NCBI GenBank assembly: GCA_048882325.1
Contig: JBHLRS010000006.1
Location: 62,079-126,078, forward strand
From: Candidatus Thorarchaeota archaeon
GTDB lineage: Archaea > Asgardarchaeota > Thorarchaeia > Thorarchaeales > Thorarchaeaceae
Direction: 5' to 3'
Length of the DNA stretch: 64,000 bases
The position numbers and the translations under genes are program-made. This document shows, piece by piece, positions 37,859-47,557 of this stretch; the stretch's first letter is position 1, and every line of letters begins with the position of its first letter. The notes below the pieces were generated by a model, which was not told the DNA's origin, did no database searches, and saw only the letters and a program-made list of their open reading frames with translations.

Positions 37859-38587
37859 TTGACCTACGGATGTGGTCTGCAATTGCGGATAGGCTTAGCG
37901 CAAATGGAATTGAAACTTGGGGACATTGAGTTTAATGTGAATCAGGCTAAGGAGTTGTTAAATCATGCTGACAGAGACCAGGTGGATGTATTAGTACTCC
38001 CTGAAATGGCTAACTCTGGTTACTATTTCGATTCGTATGAGGATGCAAAGCAGTGTTCTGAAAAGATTCCTACTGGACCTTTATCGAAAGAACTAATCAA
38101 ATGGTCTAGAAACGGACGTCTAATTGTAGCAGGCATTAATGAGTCTGCAGAGAATGGTCTCTACAACTCCGCATCGATTATGGTTGATGGCACTCACATA
38201 GGAACCTATCGCAAACACCACCTCTATGGCTCAGAGAAGGAGTGGTTCTTGAGAGGACCAGTTGAGCCGCTGGTCTTTAAGTATAATGAACTCTCTTTCA
38301 GTGTTGTTATATGTTTTGAATGGAACTTTCCGAAAAGAATCAAGAATGCTGCATCAAAGGGGGCAAAGATAATCCTTCATCCAGTAAACAGTAGCAACTA
38401 CCGGTGGCGAGATGCAATGAGAGATATCGCTATGGATAACGGTGTTTTTACTGCTTCAGCAAATAGAGTTGGAAGAGAGGGAGAATGTACTTTCTCCGGG
38501 GAATCTTCTATTATAGATCCAGATGGGGAAATCATTCTAAAAATGGATTCGCAAAGCCATCAAGTGGAGTGGATTGACATCGAATAA
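37859..38587 (+). CDS. Carbon-nitrogen hydrolase (nitrilase family)
   Basis: E-K-C triad: VLPEM, YRKHHL, ICFEW; ANRVG. Confidence 0.88.
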   Translation: MTYGCGLQLRIGLAQMELKLGDIEFNVNQAKELLNHADRDQVDVLVLPEMANSGYYFDSYEDAKQCSEKIPTGPLSKELIKWSRNGRLIVAGINESAENGLYNSASIMVDGTHIGTYRKHHLYGSEKEWFLRGPVEPLVFKYNELSFSVVICFEWNFPKRIKNAASKGAKIILHPVNSSNYRWRDAMRDIAMDNGVFTASANRVGREGECTFSGESSIIDPDGEIILKMDSQSHQVEWIDIE

Positions 38588-38632
38588 GTGCCTAGCATTG
38601 TGATGTCTTCACGACCAGTGTATTTCTCCTAC

Positions 38633-39328
38633 TTACTTATTATTGAGAACATAGCCGTATGCTGTCCAAGATTCTAACAGCTCTGGATTCTTTCGAAGAA
38701 ACTCTTGTTTGAGTTCATCCGGGACTTTATTCATCATGCAAGAGAGGTTTACGCATTTCAAGCAATAGTTTTCACGCAAGAACCTTTCAAGATATCCTGC
38801 TGCTATGAGAGATACTAGAGTCAGACCCACTATTGTAATTGTTAGGAGAAACTCTGCACCAGATGAGAAAAGAATCCAAGAAGCAAATGCCGCTATTAGG
38901 ATAGGAAAGATATCTATGAAACCCCCGACTAACGTCATGCCAATTTTCTCTGATCTTCTCATTGGTGTGGGATCAAATTGCCATATTCTTGGCATCCCTT
39001 TGAGAGTAATGCATTCGAGAGTTTCTCCCTCCTTCTCATAGAAGGGACAATGCCGGCATAGATACCATGATTCAATCACCGTAAAGTTCAGAACCATTAC
39101 GGCAGAGAACAAGAGGAACGCCCACCACAATCCCGTAAAGAGAGAGGCTACACCCACTGTTAGAAATTGAAGCGCTCGAAAGGGGAGGTGTACTCTCCGG
39201 AAACATCGCACGAGATTCTCATCATATCTGCAGTTCAATTCTCCGTCCAGTTCACACCCAACACATATACTCCTGTCTTTCGAAGTGCAAATGACATATT
39301 CTCGTTTTTCATTCATCATGAAACACAA
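38633..39328 (-). CDS. Cys-rich 4-TM hypothetical membrane protein
   Basis: CVGC..C, CRHCPFY, CLKCVNLSC clusters flanking TM pairs. Confidence 0.7.
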   Translation of the reverse strand: MCFMMNEKREYVICTSKDRSICVGCELDGELNCRYDENLVRCFRRVHLPFRALQFLTVGVASLFTGLWWAFLLFSAVMVLNFTVIESWYLCRHCPFYEKEGETLECITLKGMPRIWQFDPTPMRRSEKIGMTLVGGFIDIFPILIAAFASWILFSSGAEFLLTITIVGLTLVSLIAAGYLERFLRENYCLKCVNLSCMMNKVPDELKQEFLRKNPELLESWTAYGYVLNNK

Positions 39329-39349
39329 TTGATGGTATCAGACAACGCT

Positions 39350-39964
39350 CTACTTGAGACCTTCGCTAGTATGGCCAGTTTCACCTTTTGGAAGAACTCC
39401 ATATTTCTCCTCGAATTCTGCGCGAAGGATATCCATCGTGATCACATCATACCTGCTCCCGTTTCTATATGCCATTTCTCGTAGCTTGCCTGTATTCGTA
39501 AAACCAATTTTCTCGTAGAACTTGATTGCTCTTTCATTGAACCCAGCAACCCAAAGATAGACACTGTGCAAGTTCAGAACTGAGAACGCAACATCTAGAA
39601 GAACCACCATTGCATCTGACCCTAAACCTTTCCCCCATCCCTCTGGATCAAAAATCGCAAGGATTCCTACCTCTGCATTATGACTGATCCAACTTACATT
39701 AACAAGAGTCACAATGCCTACAAGTCTGTTGTTATGTAGGGTTTCAATTCCGAAGGTGAATCCTTTCCGATTGGCAAAACTCTCGTTTGCGGACTTGATA
39801 TAGTTCTCCATGTCTTCCTTACTTGTTGGGAGGGGAGTCGGAAGGTATTGTCTCAGGTGATAATTGTTCCAATAAGGAAAGAACGAGTCTGCATCATCAA
39901 CCTCCAATCTTCTAAGTCTGACCAGTTTACCTTCGTACATAATACATCCCTCTTCAAAAGGCAA
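39350..39964 (-). CDS. GNAT N-acetyltransferase (RimJ/RimL type)
   Basis: GKLVRLR, WGKGLGSDA, NERAIKFYEKIGF. Confidence 0.88.
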   Translation of the reverse strand: MPFEEGCIMYEGKLVRLRRLEVDDADSFFPYWNNYHLRQYLPTPLPTSKEDMENYIKSANESFANRKGFTFGIETLHNNRLVGIVTLVNVSWISHNAEVGILAIFDPEGWGKGLGSDAMVVLLDVAFSVLNLHSVYLWVAGFNERAIKFYEKIGFTNTGKLREMAYRNGSRYDVITMDILRAEFEEKYGVLPKGETGHTSEGLK

Positions 39965-40227
39965 ATGGAACCCAAATAACCATTGTTAAACGACTATCAA
40001 AAGTACTATCCCTTTTCAGGCATAACACTTCCATGAGATTTCATGGTTAAAAGGTCCAGAACTACAATTGCAGACCGAAAGAAGATAGGTCCTGAATATC
40101 TAATCTCATCGGGCTACGGCATCCTCTTTATCCATACCAATTGGTTGAAGCATCTAGAACAAATTAAGAGATTTGCTAAACACCGAAAAAAACGCTCGAA
40201 GATAGACAAGTGGCGATTCAAGTAAGC

Positions 40228-42117
40228 TCATAGGCGTAGAAGGAAGGTGTACTGATCATCTTCCATATTGAGTTTGCTTTCGATGACTTTGGCAGTCTTG
40301 TGAATGAAGTTAATCATTGGTACATTCTTGGGATGAACATATGCTACAAACGCCTGTACACCCTTGCTCTTTGCGATTCGCATCATCTGATTGAGTAGAA
40401 ATGTTCCAATCCCGATATTCTGGTAATCGTCCTTGACAAGCAATGCGAACTCTGCTTGGTTTCTACTTCTATCAAGCAGGTACCTTCCTGCAGCAATAAT
40501 CTCTTCACATTCTGGTCCTTCGTTGCTATTGATTACACCAACTAGAGAGATGTCCCTGTCTTGATCCACATGGTAGAACTCTTGCAGAGTCTGTCTTCGA
40601 AGGCTTTTCAATGGAGTCAGGAATCTGAAGAATATCGACTCCTCACTCAAACCATAGAATAAACCTTTGATTCTGTCAGTGTCATCAGGGCGAATCAATC
40701 TCACATGCACATTTACAGGACCATTTTTTCCCTCAAACACTCTGTGAGCCTCATATTCAACTGGAAAATAGGTTCCTCGGGCTAGGAATGGCACCTGGTC
40801 TTCGAATACATATTTCATCTCCTTTGCAGCTTCTAGGAGTTCGTTTCGGAAATCAGGATGTGCAATAGCTATCAGAGATAGGACGCGCTCGCGTATCGTT
40901 CTGCCTCTCAATGTTGCAAGACCATACTCCGTGATAACTACATCCACATCTCCTCTCGTTGTAACCACACCTGCTCCTTTACTAAGATGAGACACAATCC
41001 TGGAGACCTTACCGTTCATCGCTGTGGACTTGAGGCAGATGATTGCTTTTCCGCCAACAGATTCTGAAGCACCACGGATAAAGTCGACTTGACCAACAAT
41101 ACCACTGTAGAACTCGTGGCCAATTGAGTCGGAACAGACCTGCCCTGTAAGGTCAACCTCGAACGCGCTGTTGATTGCGACCATTTTGTTATTCTTAGCA
41201 ATGACTGCTGGATCATTTACATAGGATGTTTCGCGAAACTCAAAGAATGGATTATTATTGACATAGTCATAGAGTTTCTTTGTTCCCATGGCAAAGCTTG
41301 CGATTACTTTGCCCCTGTTTATACTCTTCTTCCTATTAGTGACCACTCCACACTCAATCATCTCAATCATGTTATCATTGAACGTTTCTCCATGAACTCC
41401 CAGGTCTCGGACTTCTGATTTGATTAGACTCTCAGTGATTGCATTTGAGATGGCATCTATACCAACAGATATTGTGGATTCATTTTCGATCAACCGCGCG
41501 GCATATTCACCTATTCGTCGACTGCGTTCACTAACTTTGGGTGCTTCGAACTCTAACAAAGGTTCTGTAAATGGAACAAGATAGTCAATATCTCTGACAC
41601 TCACATACGAGTCTCCATGAGTAACTGGCATGTTCTCATTCACCTGAGCTATCACGAGATCGGCATTGTTCACTCCTGTCTTGGTAACATCAACCGAGAT
41701 GCCCAAGGAGCAGTATCCATTCTCATCAGGTGGACTGACCTGAACGAGTGCCACGTCAAGAGGAATTCGTCCCGTATTGAAGAACAGTGGAATGTCCGAA
41801 AGGTATGCAGGGGTATAGTCAGCTCTTCCTTCTCTCACAGCGTCTCGAATATTCTCTGAAACAAAGAACGTGTTGTGTCTGAACTGTGCTTGGAATTTTG
41901 GATCTGCTGAAGGTGTCTTTCCGAGAGTAAAGAGATGGACAATTTCGTTGTCGGACATCTGGGAAGCGTTCTTTGCGAGCTCTTGAACTAAATGAGATGG
42001 GACTCCACAACCGGTACCAAGGAAAATTCGTTGACCGCGATGTATTTTCTTGATTGCCTTTGATGCGGTGACAATCTTGTCCTTATACTTCTCAGTCCAT
42101 TCTCCCATGGCACTCAT
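40228..42117 (-). CDS. Acetyl-CoA hydrolase/CoA-transferase with C-terminal GNAT domain
   Basis: VSPPDENGYCSLG, AINSAFEVDLTGQV, GQVDF.RGA, ITEYG, LIAIAHPDFR; then LSEESIFFRF, AEFALLV.D.YQ..GIG. Confidence 0.88.
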   Translation of the reverse strand: MSAMGEWTEKYKDKIVTASKAIKKIHRGQRIFLGTGCGVPSHLVQELAKNASQMSDNEIVHLFTLGKTPSADPKFQAQFRHNTFFVSENIRDAVREGRADYTPAYLSDIPLFFNTGRIPLDVALVQVSPPDENGYCSLGISVDVTKTGVNNADLVIAQVNENMPVTHGDSYVSVRDIDYLVPFTEPLLEFEAPKVSERSRRIGEYAARLIENESTISVGIDAISNAITESLIKSEVRDLGVHGETFNDNMIEMIECGVVTNRKKSINRGKVIASFAMGTKKLYDYVNNNPFFEFRETSYVNDPAVIAKNNKMVAINSAFEVDLTGQVCSDSIGHEFYSGIVGQVDFIRGASESVGGKAIICLKSTAMNGKVSRIVSHLSKGAGVVTTRGDVDVVITEYGLATLRGRTIRERVLSLIAIAHPDFRNELLEAAKEMKYVFEDQVPFLARGTYFPVEYEAHRVFEGKNGPVNVHVRLIRPDDTDRIKGLFYGLSEESIFFRFLTPLKSLRRQTLQEFYHVDQDRDISLVGVINSNEGPECEEIIAAGRYLLDRSRNQAEFALLVKDDYQNIGIGTFLLNQMMRIAKSKGVQAFVAYVHPKNVPMINFIHKTAKVIESKLNMEDDQYTFLLRL

Positions 42118-42176
42118 CTACAATTCGCCTCGGGTTAAAGAAACCAGTTCATATGAATAGATTTGAGCGTTTCGAG

Positions 42177-42986
42177 CTATGAATCCTGCCCCAGTAGTTT
42201 CAGCAGAGTGACCTCACTGAGAAGACCTAGTCTCTCAGCAATTGTCTGGACTGCCTTAACAGCTGGCGATTCACCATCCAGCTCAAACAGTGGCTTACCT
42301 TGATAGTTGGCTTTGGAGAGTTCATCGTCACTGGGAATCATCCCAATTAGATCCAAACCTTCCGCCGCAAACTGGGCTCTTAGGTCTTCCTCCATATCCG
42401 GAGGAAACCTATTTCCAATCACAACAATCTTCTTGAACTCGATGTGAACCTCCTTTGCCAAGTCTCTAATCCTCAATGCGGCTTCGAACGCTGCTCGAGA
42501 AGGGTCGACCACTATGATTAGAATATCCACGTTTCTGTTAGTCCGCCTGCTCAAGTGTTCGAGCCCTGCGCTCATGTCCATTAGCGTAATCTCGTAGTTC
42601 TGACTAAGTGTGTCAAGAATTTGAGTGAGCAATCTATTGACATAGCAGTAGCATCCCTCGCCTTCAGTGCGTCCCATTGCGAGAAAATCGAACTTCGGAT
42701 TCTCAATAAGTGACTCGAATATCTCTCCCTCTATGACGTCCTGTTTTGCTACTTCTCCACCATATACTCCTTCATCGATGTCTTTGCGAAGTCTCGTCGC
42801 TATGGAACCTACTGATTTAGGCACATCTATTCCAAGTGCTCTTGGGAGGTTCATGACTGGATCTGCGTCAACAACGAGAAGGTCTCTTTTTGTCTTCTCG
42901 GTGACAATGCGGGTGAGAAGAGCTGAGGTTGTTGTTTTTCCCACACCGCCTTTGCCTGATACCGAGATTACCAGACGTTCTCTCAT
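42177..42986 (-). CDS. cooC: CODH/ACS nickel-insertion ATPase CooC/AcsF
   Basis: GKGGVGKT, VDADP, GEGCYC, AGLEHLSR. Confidence 0.88.
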   Translation of the reverse strand: MRERLVISVSGKGGVGKTTTSALLTRIVTEKTKRDLLVVDADPVMNLPRALGIDVPKSVGSIATRLRKDIDEGVYGGEVAKQDVIEGEIFESLIENPKFDFLAMGRTEGEGCYCYVNRLLTQILDTLSQNYEITLMDMSAGLEHLSRRTNRNVDILIIVVDPSRAAFEAALRIRDLAKEVHIEFKKIVVIGNRFPPDMEEDLRAQFAAEGLDLIGMIPSDDELSKANYQGKPLFELDGESPAVKAVQTIAERLGLLSEVTLLKLLGQDS

Positions 42987-42996
42987 ACTTGTCTAT

Positions 42997-44412
42997 TTAC
43001 TCCTCTTTCCATTTGCCCTCTTGCAGGTATTTTCCTATACCACTGGAGTCCTGCGGACCGACCTTGACTGTCCATCCACTAGTTTCTTCGGTTTCACCAC
43101 TAATTCTGGCTGCCATTCCTGGACTAATCAATATCTTGTGATTCACCTTATCAGCGACCTTGTACTCCTCGAGAGTTTCTGCGACACGATCTGCTGTGAG
43201 CTTGCGGCCCGCCACTGCTGATTGAACACTCATCCCCTCTGTATCTATAACAACAAGGTATGATGTAACACCTGCTTGCTTTATGTCACTCTCGACTGTG
43301 AAGTACGTGAGAGCGAAGTTCGTAGTATACATAACAGGTGAATCAGGTCCAACGTCTCCGAACTCCATCACTCCAGGTTCCACTGCCACAGGTTTCACCG
43401 GATCAGTATAGAGGTTACTACGAAGGAAAGTGGTGGGCAGATTTGTCCACATGTCCAGACTGTGTAGGACTAGGAGATCTGCGTATCTGACGATGAGCGC
43501 AGAAGCAGTAAGTACTTCATTCCACTTGGTTAGTTCAGGAGCCTCACCTTCTCGATGATCTGCCCAGGCTGCAATAGGTGCCGCCAGTGTTGGGTATCCC
43601 AGAAGTTCGTTCTCCTCGAGAATCGAGGAACGTCTAATCTGAGTGAAATCATCAACTGTTGCTCCTAGACCTTTCTGTGACGCTGTTCCTGGATCAAGGA
43701 CAATTTCCTCAACACCTAGTGCACGAAGTGTGTTAACGAGAGATGATAGATTATCAAGACTTCCAGGTGCATAAGCCACCAACGGTAGGTGATGCTTTGT
43801 TGCTATCTCTCCTACTTCTGCCCATGTGTCCAATGTTGCTGCATAGAGGAGAGGCCTTTTGTCAGCAATCGCATTAGCCGCAGTAGCTAACATATCTGGA
43901 TTCAATGAACATAGCATGATGGGCCAGTCAGTCAACTCAGTCAGCTTCTTTGCAACAGTAGCGAAAGTCTTAGGATCCTGAGAGACCCCTCTAAGCGCAA
44001 TTCCATCAAGACGAAGGTTTGTACCGATATAGACGTATGTCCATTCCTCTATCGCTTTGACTCTAGCTGCTAACGCCTCACCCTCAAGATTGTCAGGAAC
44101 ATCAATGAAAAAGGCAGTGGGATTTGAGTATCTAAGGTCGTGTCTATAGAGGACAAGCTTTCCGCCAATACTCGCAGCGTTATCACCAACACCAATCACT
44201 ATTTCCCTCACCGGTGGTCTAACAAGGTTCTGCAGCTTCTCTAACTTCTTAGCATACTGCGCCTCAGCAAAAAGTGGTGTACATGCCTTGAGCTTCACTG
44301 TGTGTTCAGCCATCTTGGTAGCAAATGCCATACAATTGGCTTCTCCACACTCCTTGCAGTTGGTTCCAGGAAGCAATGGATAGATCTCTAGGGGTCCTGG
44401 TAATTTCGCCAT
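42997..44412 (-). CDS. cdhE: ACDS gamma subunit (corrinoid Fe-S large subunit)
   Basis: LPGTNCKECGEANCMAFA, YTDP.KP, TTNFALTY, GMSVQSAVAG; start moved from 44475. Confidence 0.93.
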   Translation of the reverse strand: MAKLPGPLEIYPLLPGTNCKECGEANCMAFATKMAEHTVKLKACTPLFAEAQYAKKLEKLQNLVRPPVREIVIGVGDNAASIGGKLVLYRHDLRYSNPTAFFIDVPDNLEGEALAARVKAIEEWTYVYIGTNLRLDGIALRGVSQDPKTFATVAKKLTELTDWPIMLCSLNPDMLATAANAIADKRPLLYAATLDTWAEVGEIATKHHLPLVAYAPGSLDNLSSLVNTLRALGVEEIVLDPGTASQKGLGATVDDFTQIRRSSILEENELLGYPTLAAPIAAWADHREGEAPELTKWNEVLTASALIVRYADLLVLHSLDMWTNLPTTFLRSNLYTDPVKPVAVEPGVMEFGDVGPDSPVMYTTNFALTYFTVESDIKQAGVTSYLVVIDTEGMSVQSAVAGRKLTADRVAETLEEYKVADKVNHKILISPGMAARISGETEETSGWTVKVGPQDSSGIGKYLQEGKWKEE

Positions 44413-44413
44413 T

Positions 44414-45604
44414 TTATGTCCCCTCCGGAATTGTGAGTGTAGTCCAATCCGGATACTCATCCGGTTTGATCTCACGGTGCTCTTTCATCCAGTCAATAAG
44501 ATCGTGTACGGTCTTGATTGCAGCTGGATGCATCATCATGAACAGGTCGTTACCTGCGAGCAACAATGCTAGAGCAGTAACACTCTCCCAGATTGGACCA
44601 CGCAGTTCTCTAGGACCTAACTCAGGATTCTTCAACCACGCCTCTCTCGCAGCCCACGCATTGGTTGTACCCGAACTGATTGGGAATCTGAGTTCCTCGT
44701 CACCAAGTAGACCTGCAAGACGCATTCGCTGCATTATTGTGAATGCATACTCTAGACCATAGCCAAGAGCTGCTGTTGTTGGATCTATCACGATTTGCTC
44801 AGGTGTCAACCATTCGAAGAGTCGTCTATTGAGCTCTTTCTGCTGATTGATATCAATTGATGTCCACGAGAGTACAACCTGGTCATGTTTCTTTGCAGCA
44901 ACTGCAATTTCCTCATAAACGTCAACAGTGGCTGAACACAAGAGTGTTCTTTCACCCTCACAGACTTCAGCAGCTTTTGCCAATACTGGTCCATCTTTCT
45001 CTGGATCACCTGCTGAACCTATGAGAATCGGGACTTTTACAGCCTGTAGAACCTCTTCAATGGTCTTCGCTGCATCGTTCGGTGATGTGTCACCAAGCTG
45101 TCTGTCTGTACTAATCAGGTGTAGTGTAACAACATCTGCACCAAACTTGTCAACAACAAGCTTTGCCCACTCTGCAGGGTCATCAAGCACTTCTTTGTAG
45201 TGCATTTTCACTGCTTTAGCAAGTGAAATTGGCATGTCGAATACATCCGCTGCAATAATGGGTGAATGCTTCGGGGGAGCTTGAAACAAGTCCCATGCTG
45301 GTGCTGTATGACCTCCAATAGTCACAGTGTTACTTCTTGTTCCTCCTTGGCCCTTTGTTGCTCCAAGAGTGATTTCTTGGATAGTCTGAGTATAATCACC
45401 CAGAGGATGTTTGAACGAGGCAGGAATTAGTGACTTGGGCATCTCTAAAACTGGACGTGCTGTGGCCTTTGCCATCTGCTGAATCATTGGTCGCAGAGCT
45501 AGTCTAAGCTCGTCGAGTTCAATTGTGACATTCTCAAGGACAAGTTCAGCAAAATCACCGAACAGGTCATCCAACGATGTGGTCCTTTCCTCGTCAGTTG
45601 TCAT
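44414..45604 (-). CDS. cdhD: ACDS delta subunit (corrinoid Fe-S small subunit)
   Basis: DPAEWAK, DPTTAALGYGLEY, NAWAAREAW, MMHP. Confidence 0.93.
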   Translation of the reverse strand: MTTDEERTTSLDDLFGDFAELVLENVTIELDELRLALRPMIQQMAKATARPVLEMPKSLIPASFKHPLGDYTQTIQEITLGATKGQGGTRSNTVTIGGHTAPAWDLFQAPPKHSPIIAADVFDMPISLAKAVKMHYKEVLDDPAEWAKLVVDKFGADVVTLHLISTDRQLGDTSPNDAAKTIEEVLQAVKVPILIGSAGDPEKDGPVLAKAAEVCEGERTLLCSATVDVYEEIAVAAKKHDQVVLSWTSIDINQQKELNRRLFEWLTPEQIVIDPTTAALGYGLEYAFTIMQRMRLAGLLGDEELRFPISSGTTNAWAAREAWLKNPELGPRELRGPIWESVTALALLLAGNDLFMMMHPAAIKTVHDLIDWMKEHREIKPDEYPDWTTLTIPEGT

Positions 45605-47007
45605 TTCTTCTTGTCACCCTTTCCTGGTCTCCGAATGATTACCTTCTCAGCGTATATCTTCGCATTCTTGAAGATAATCTCAAGGCCTCCACCAACTCCT
45701 CCAACCATGGCTGTCAGATCGCCTGGCACTTGGACATAGTCACCACGAGCATCATCTGCCACCACTGCGGTCTCAATCTCATCCTCTAGTTCCACCCATC
45801 GTTCCACAACTGGATGATTCTTCTTTTTGAGGAATCCCTTGAGATCTGGAATATTCATTGCATCAGCTTCGGTTGGTATTAGGTCCCTCAATTCCTCTGG
45901 TATGAAGTCATAGACTCGTTCTTTGATTGCTTCAGGGAGCCAAACAATGCGTTTCCAACCTTCATCAACCTGCAGGAACTTTGGAGAACGCATGTATTCG
46001 ATTGATATGCCATGGAATCCGGGGACTTGACGGCCGCCAGCTGTAGAGTCCGCCATGCTTGAGAAGGGCAATCCGTTAACTGTATCACCTTTGAAGTCTC
46101 TGTGCACAATTCCTAGACCATCCACCTCAGGAATGACAAAAGCAATTGCTTCGAAACAACCACAGCTTGTGTGAGGCTTCTCAAAAGCACTATAGAGTGC
46201 GACTGAATTCACCTTTCCTAGGGACTTCTCAGTGTACGCCTGATTGACTCCTGAAAACTCGCCACGATACTCATCAATTGTGTCACCCTTCGGGATGGCA
46301 TATAGTGGTCCCTTCGGGTCAACTCGAGCAGCAGCTCTTCCATCGAACCAACTGATAGCACCACAGTTTGCATATCGTTGTGGTGTGATTGTACAGACGT
46401 GAGTAGGTGCAAATGATTGACAGAGTGAACATCCATAGAATGTGTCTACCTCTGCATCAGTAAGTCCTCGCGCACGTTCATCTCTCTGGTTGTATCTGTT
46501 TATTGCATCGTCGTATCGCTCAGCGACTACTTTCGGATCCGTGATGAAGCTCACCTGGATTTTCTCGATAATATTCATCTCGCTCTTGAAGAGACGAATC
46601 AGAACTTTACCAAGATGCTCAAACGTGTTGAAACCTTTCTCGAAGGATTTCTTACTGAGCCTAATCCAGATGTCATAGCGTTGGTTGAGATGCATCATTC
46701 CCTCGACGAAGTTGACATATTCATGGATACGCCTTTCAATTACTCCTTCAAGGTCTGGTTCAATCTCTTTTCCTGCTACTTCAACGATGATTCCTAGAGG
46801 AACATAACTACCTTCCTCCATGTCTTTCAAGTCAGGACCGATTATGGAGATTTTTTCATCCTCGATGTCGCCCATATCTCGGGCGATTGCGAGTTCGAAT
46901 TTCTGTTCCATCTTTGGTCCACCGAGCTCGACAAACATATCTTTGCCGCGTACTCGCTCTCCTTCATATACCACTCCAATATCTACAGGAATGTCTTCAA
47001 ATGACAA
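45601..47007 (-). CDS. cdhC: ACDS beta subunit (acetyl-CoA synthase)
   Basis: FYGCSLCQSFAPTHVC, HTSCGCFE, GGRQVPGF. Confidence 0.95.
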   Translation of the reverse strand: MSFEDIPVDIGVVYEGERVRGKDMFVELGGPKMEQKFELAIARDMGDIEDEKISIIGPDLKDMEEGSYVPLGIIVEVAGKEIEPDLEGVIERRIHEYVNFVEGMMHLNQRYDIWIRLSKKSFEKGFNTFEHLGKVLIRLFKSEMNIIEKIQVSFITDPKVVAERYDDAINRYNQRDERARGLTDAEVDTFYGCSLCQSFAPTHVCTITPQRYANCGAISWFDGRAAARVDPKGPLYAIPKGDTIDEYRGEFSGVNQAYTEKSLGKVNSVALYSAFEKPHTSCGCFEAIAFVIPEVDGLGIVHRDFKGDTVNGLPFSSMADSTAGGRQVPGFHGISIEYMRSPKFLQVDEGWKRIVWLPEAIKERVYDFIPEELRDLIPTEADAMNIPDLKGFLKKKNHPVVERWVELEDEIETAVVADDARGDYVQVPGDLTAMVGGVGGGLEIIFKNAKIYAEKVIIRRPGKGDKKK

Positions 47008-47008
47008 A

Positions 47009-47557
47009 TCAATTACCGCCTCCTACGAGTTCAAGAATTTGGTCAAGAGCAGTGTGATACAGCTTCTCCTTCATATTCGGGAATGACCACTTCGCATGTG
47101 GTTGGTAATATTTCCCGAGTGCAATCGGTACAATCTGTGGTGCAAAGTTCATTATACCAGAGAGCATGGTCCACTGCATGTAGTACGGCTGACCATAGAT
47201 CATCACCATATCATATGGTCCTCCTCCATGGGGCCCTTTCCATTCAGGATCTTGTATCCTATAGGCTAGTTCCATTGCGCCCATGGTCTTTGCTCCATCA
47301 AACCCTTTCTCAATGAAGGATTTGATGGCGCCTCCAGTTGCTATGACGTCCATCTTACCGGCCTTTGAAAGGGCAATAGCGTAATCTACCATATCGCCCT
47401 TCCCGTGTTGCTGGTCGGGAGCCTCAGAACCTACAATCAGAAGCTTCTTCTTTGCTTTCTTGAGATCCCGTTTCAGAACGTCTGGTTTGGTAAGTGCCTT
47501 GGCACTATCAGGACCGCAAATCTCTCCAGTCTGCCAAGGTACAGGTCTCATCACCAT
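47009..47557 (-). CDS. cdhB: ACDS epsilon subunit
   Basis: KKAKK.LLIVG, DPEWKG, YYQPHAKWSFPN; lies between cdhA and cdhC. Confidence 0.9.
   Translation of the reverse strand: MVMRPVPWQTGEICGPDSAKALTKPDVLKRDLKKAKKKLLIVGSEAPDQQHGKGDMVDYAIALSKAGKMDVIATGGAIKSFIEKGFDGAKTMGAMELAYRIQDPEWKGPHGGGPYDMVMIYGQPYYMQWTMLSGIMNFAPQIVPIALGKYYQPHAKWSFPNMKEKLYHTALDQILELVGGGN

Noticed and set aside
40043-40225. 60-aa ORF between the GNAT and CoA-transferase genes
   Set aside because: No motif and atypical composition; probably intergenic.
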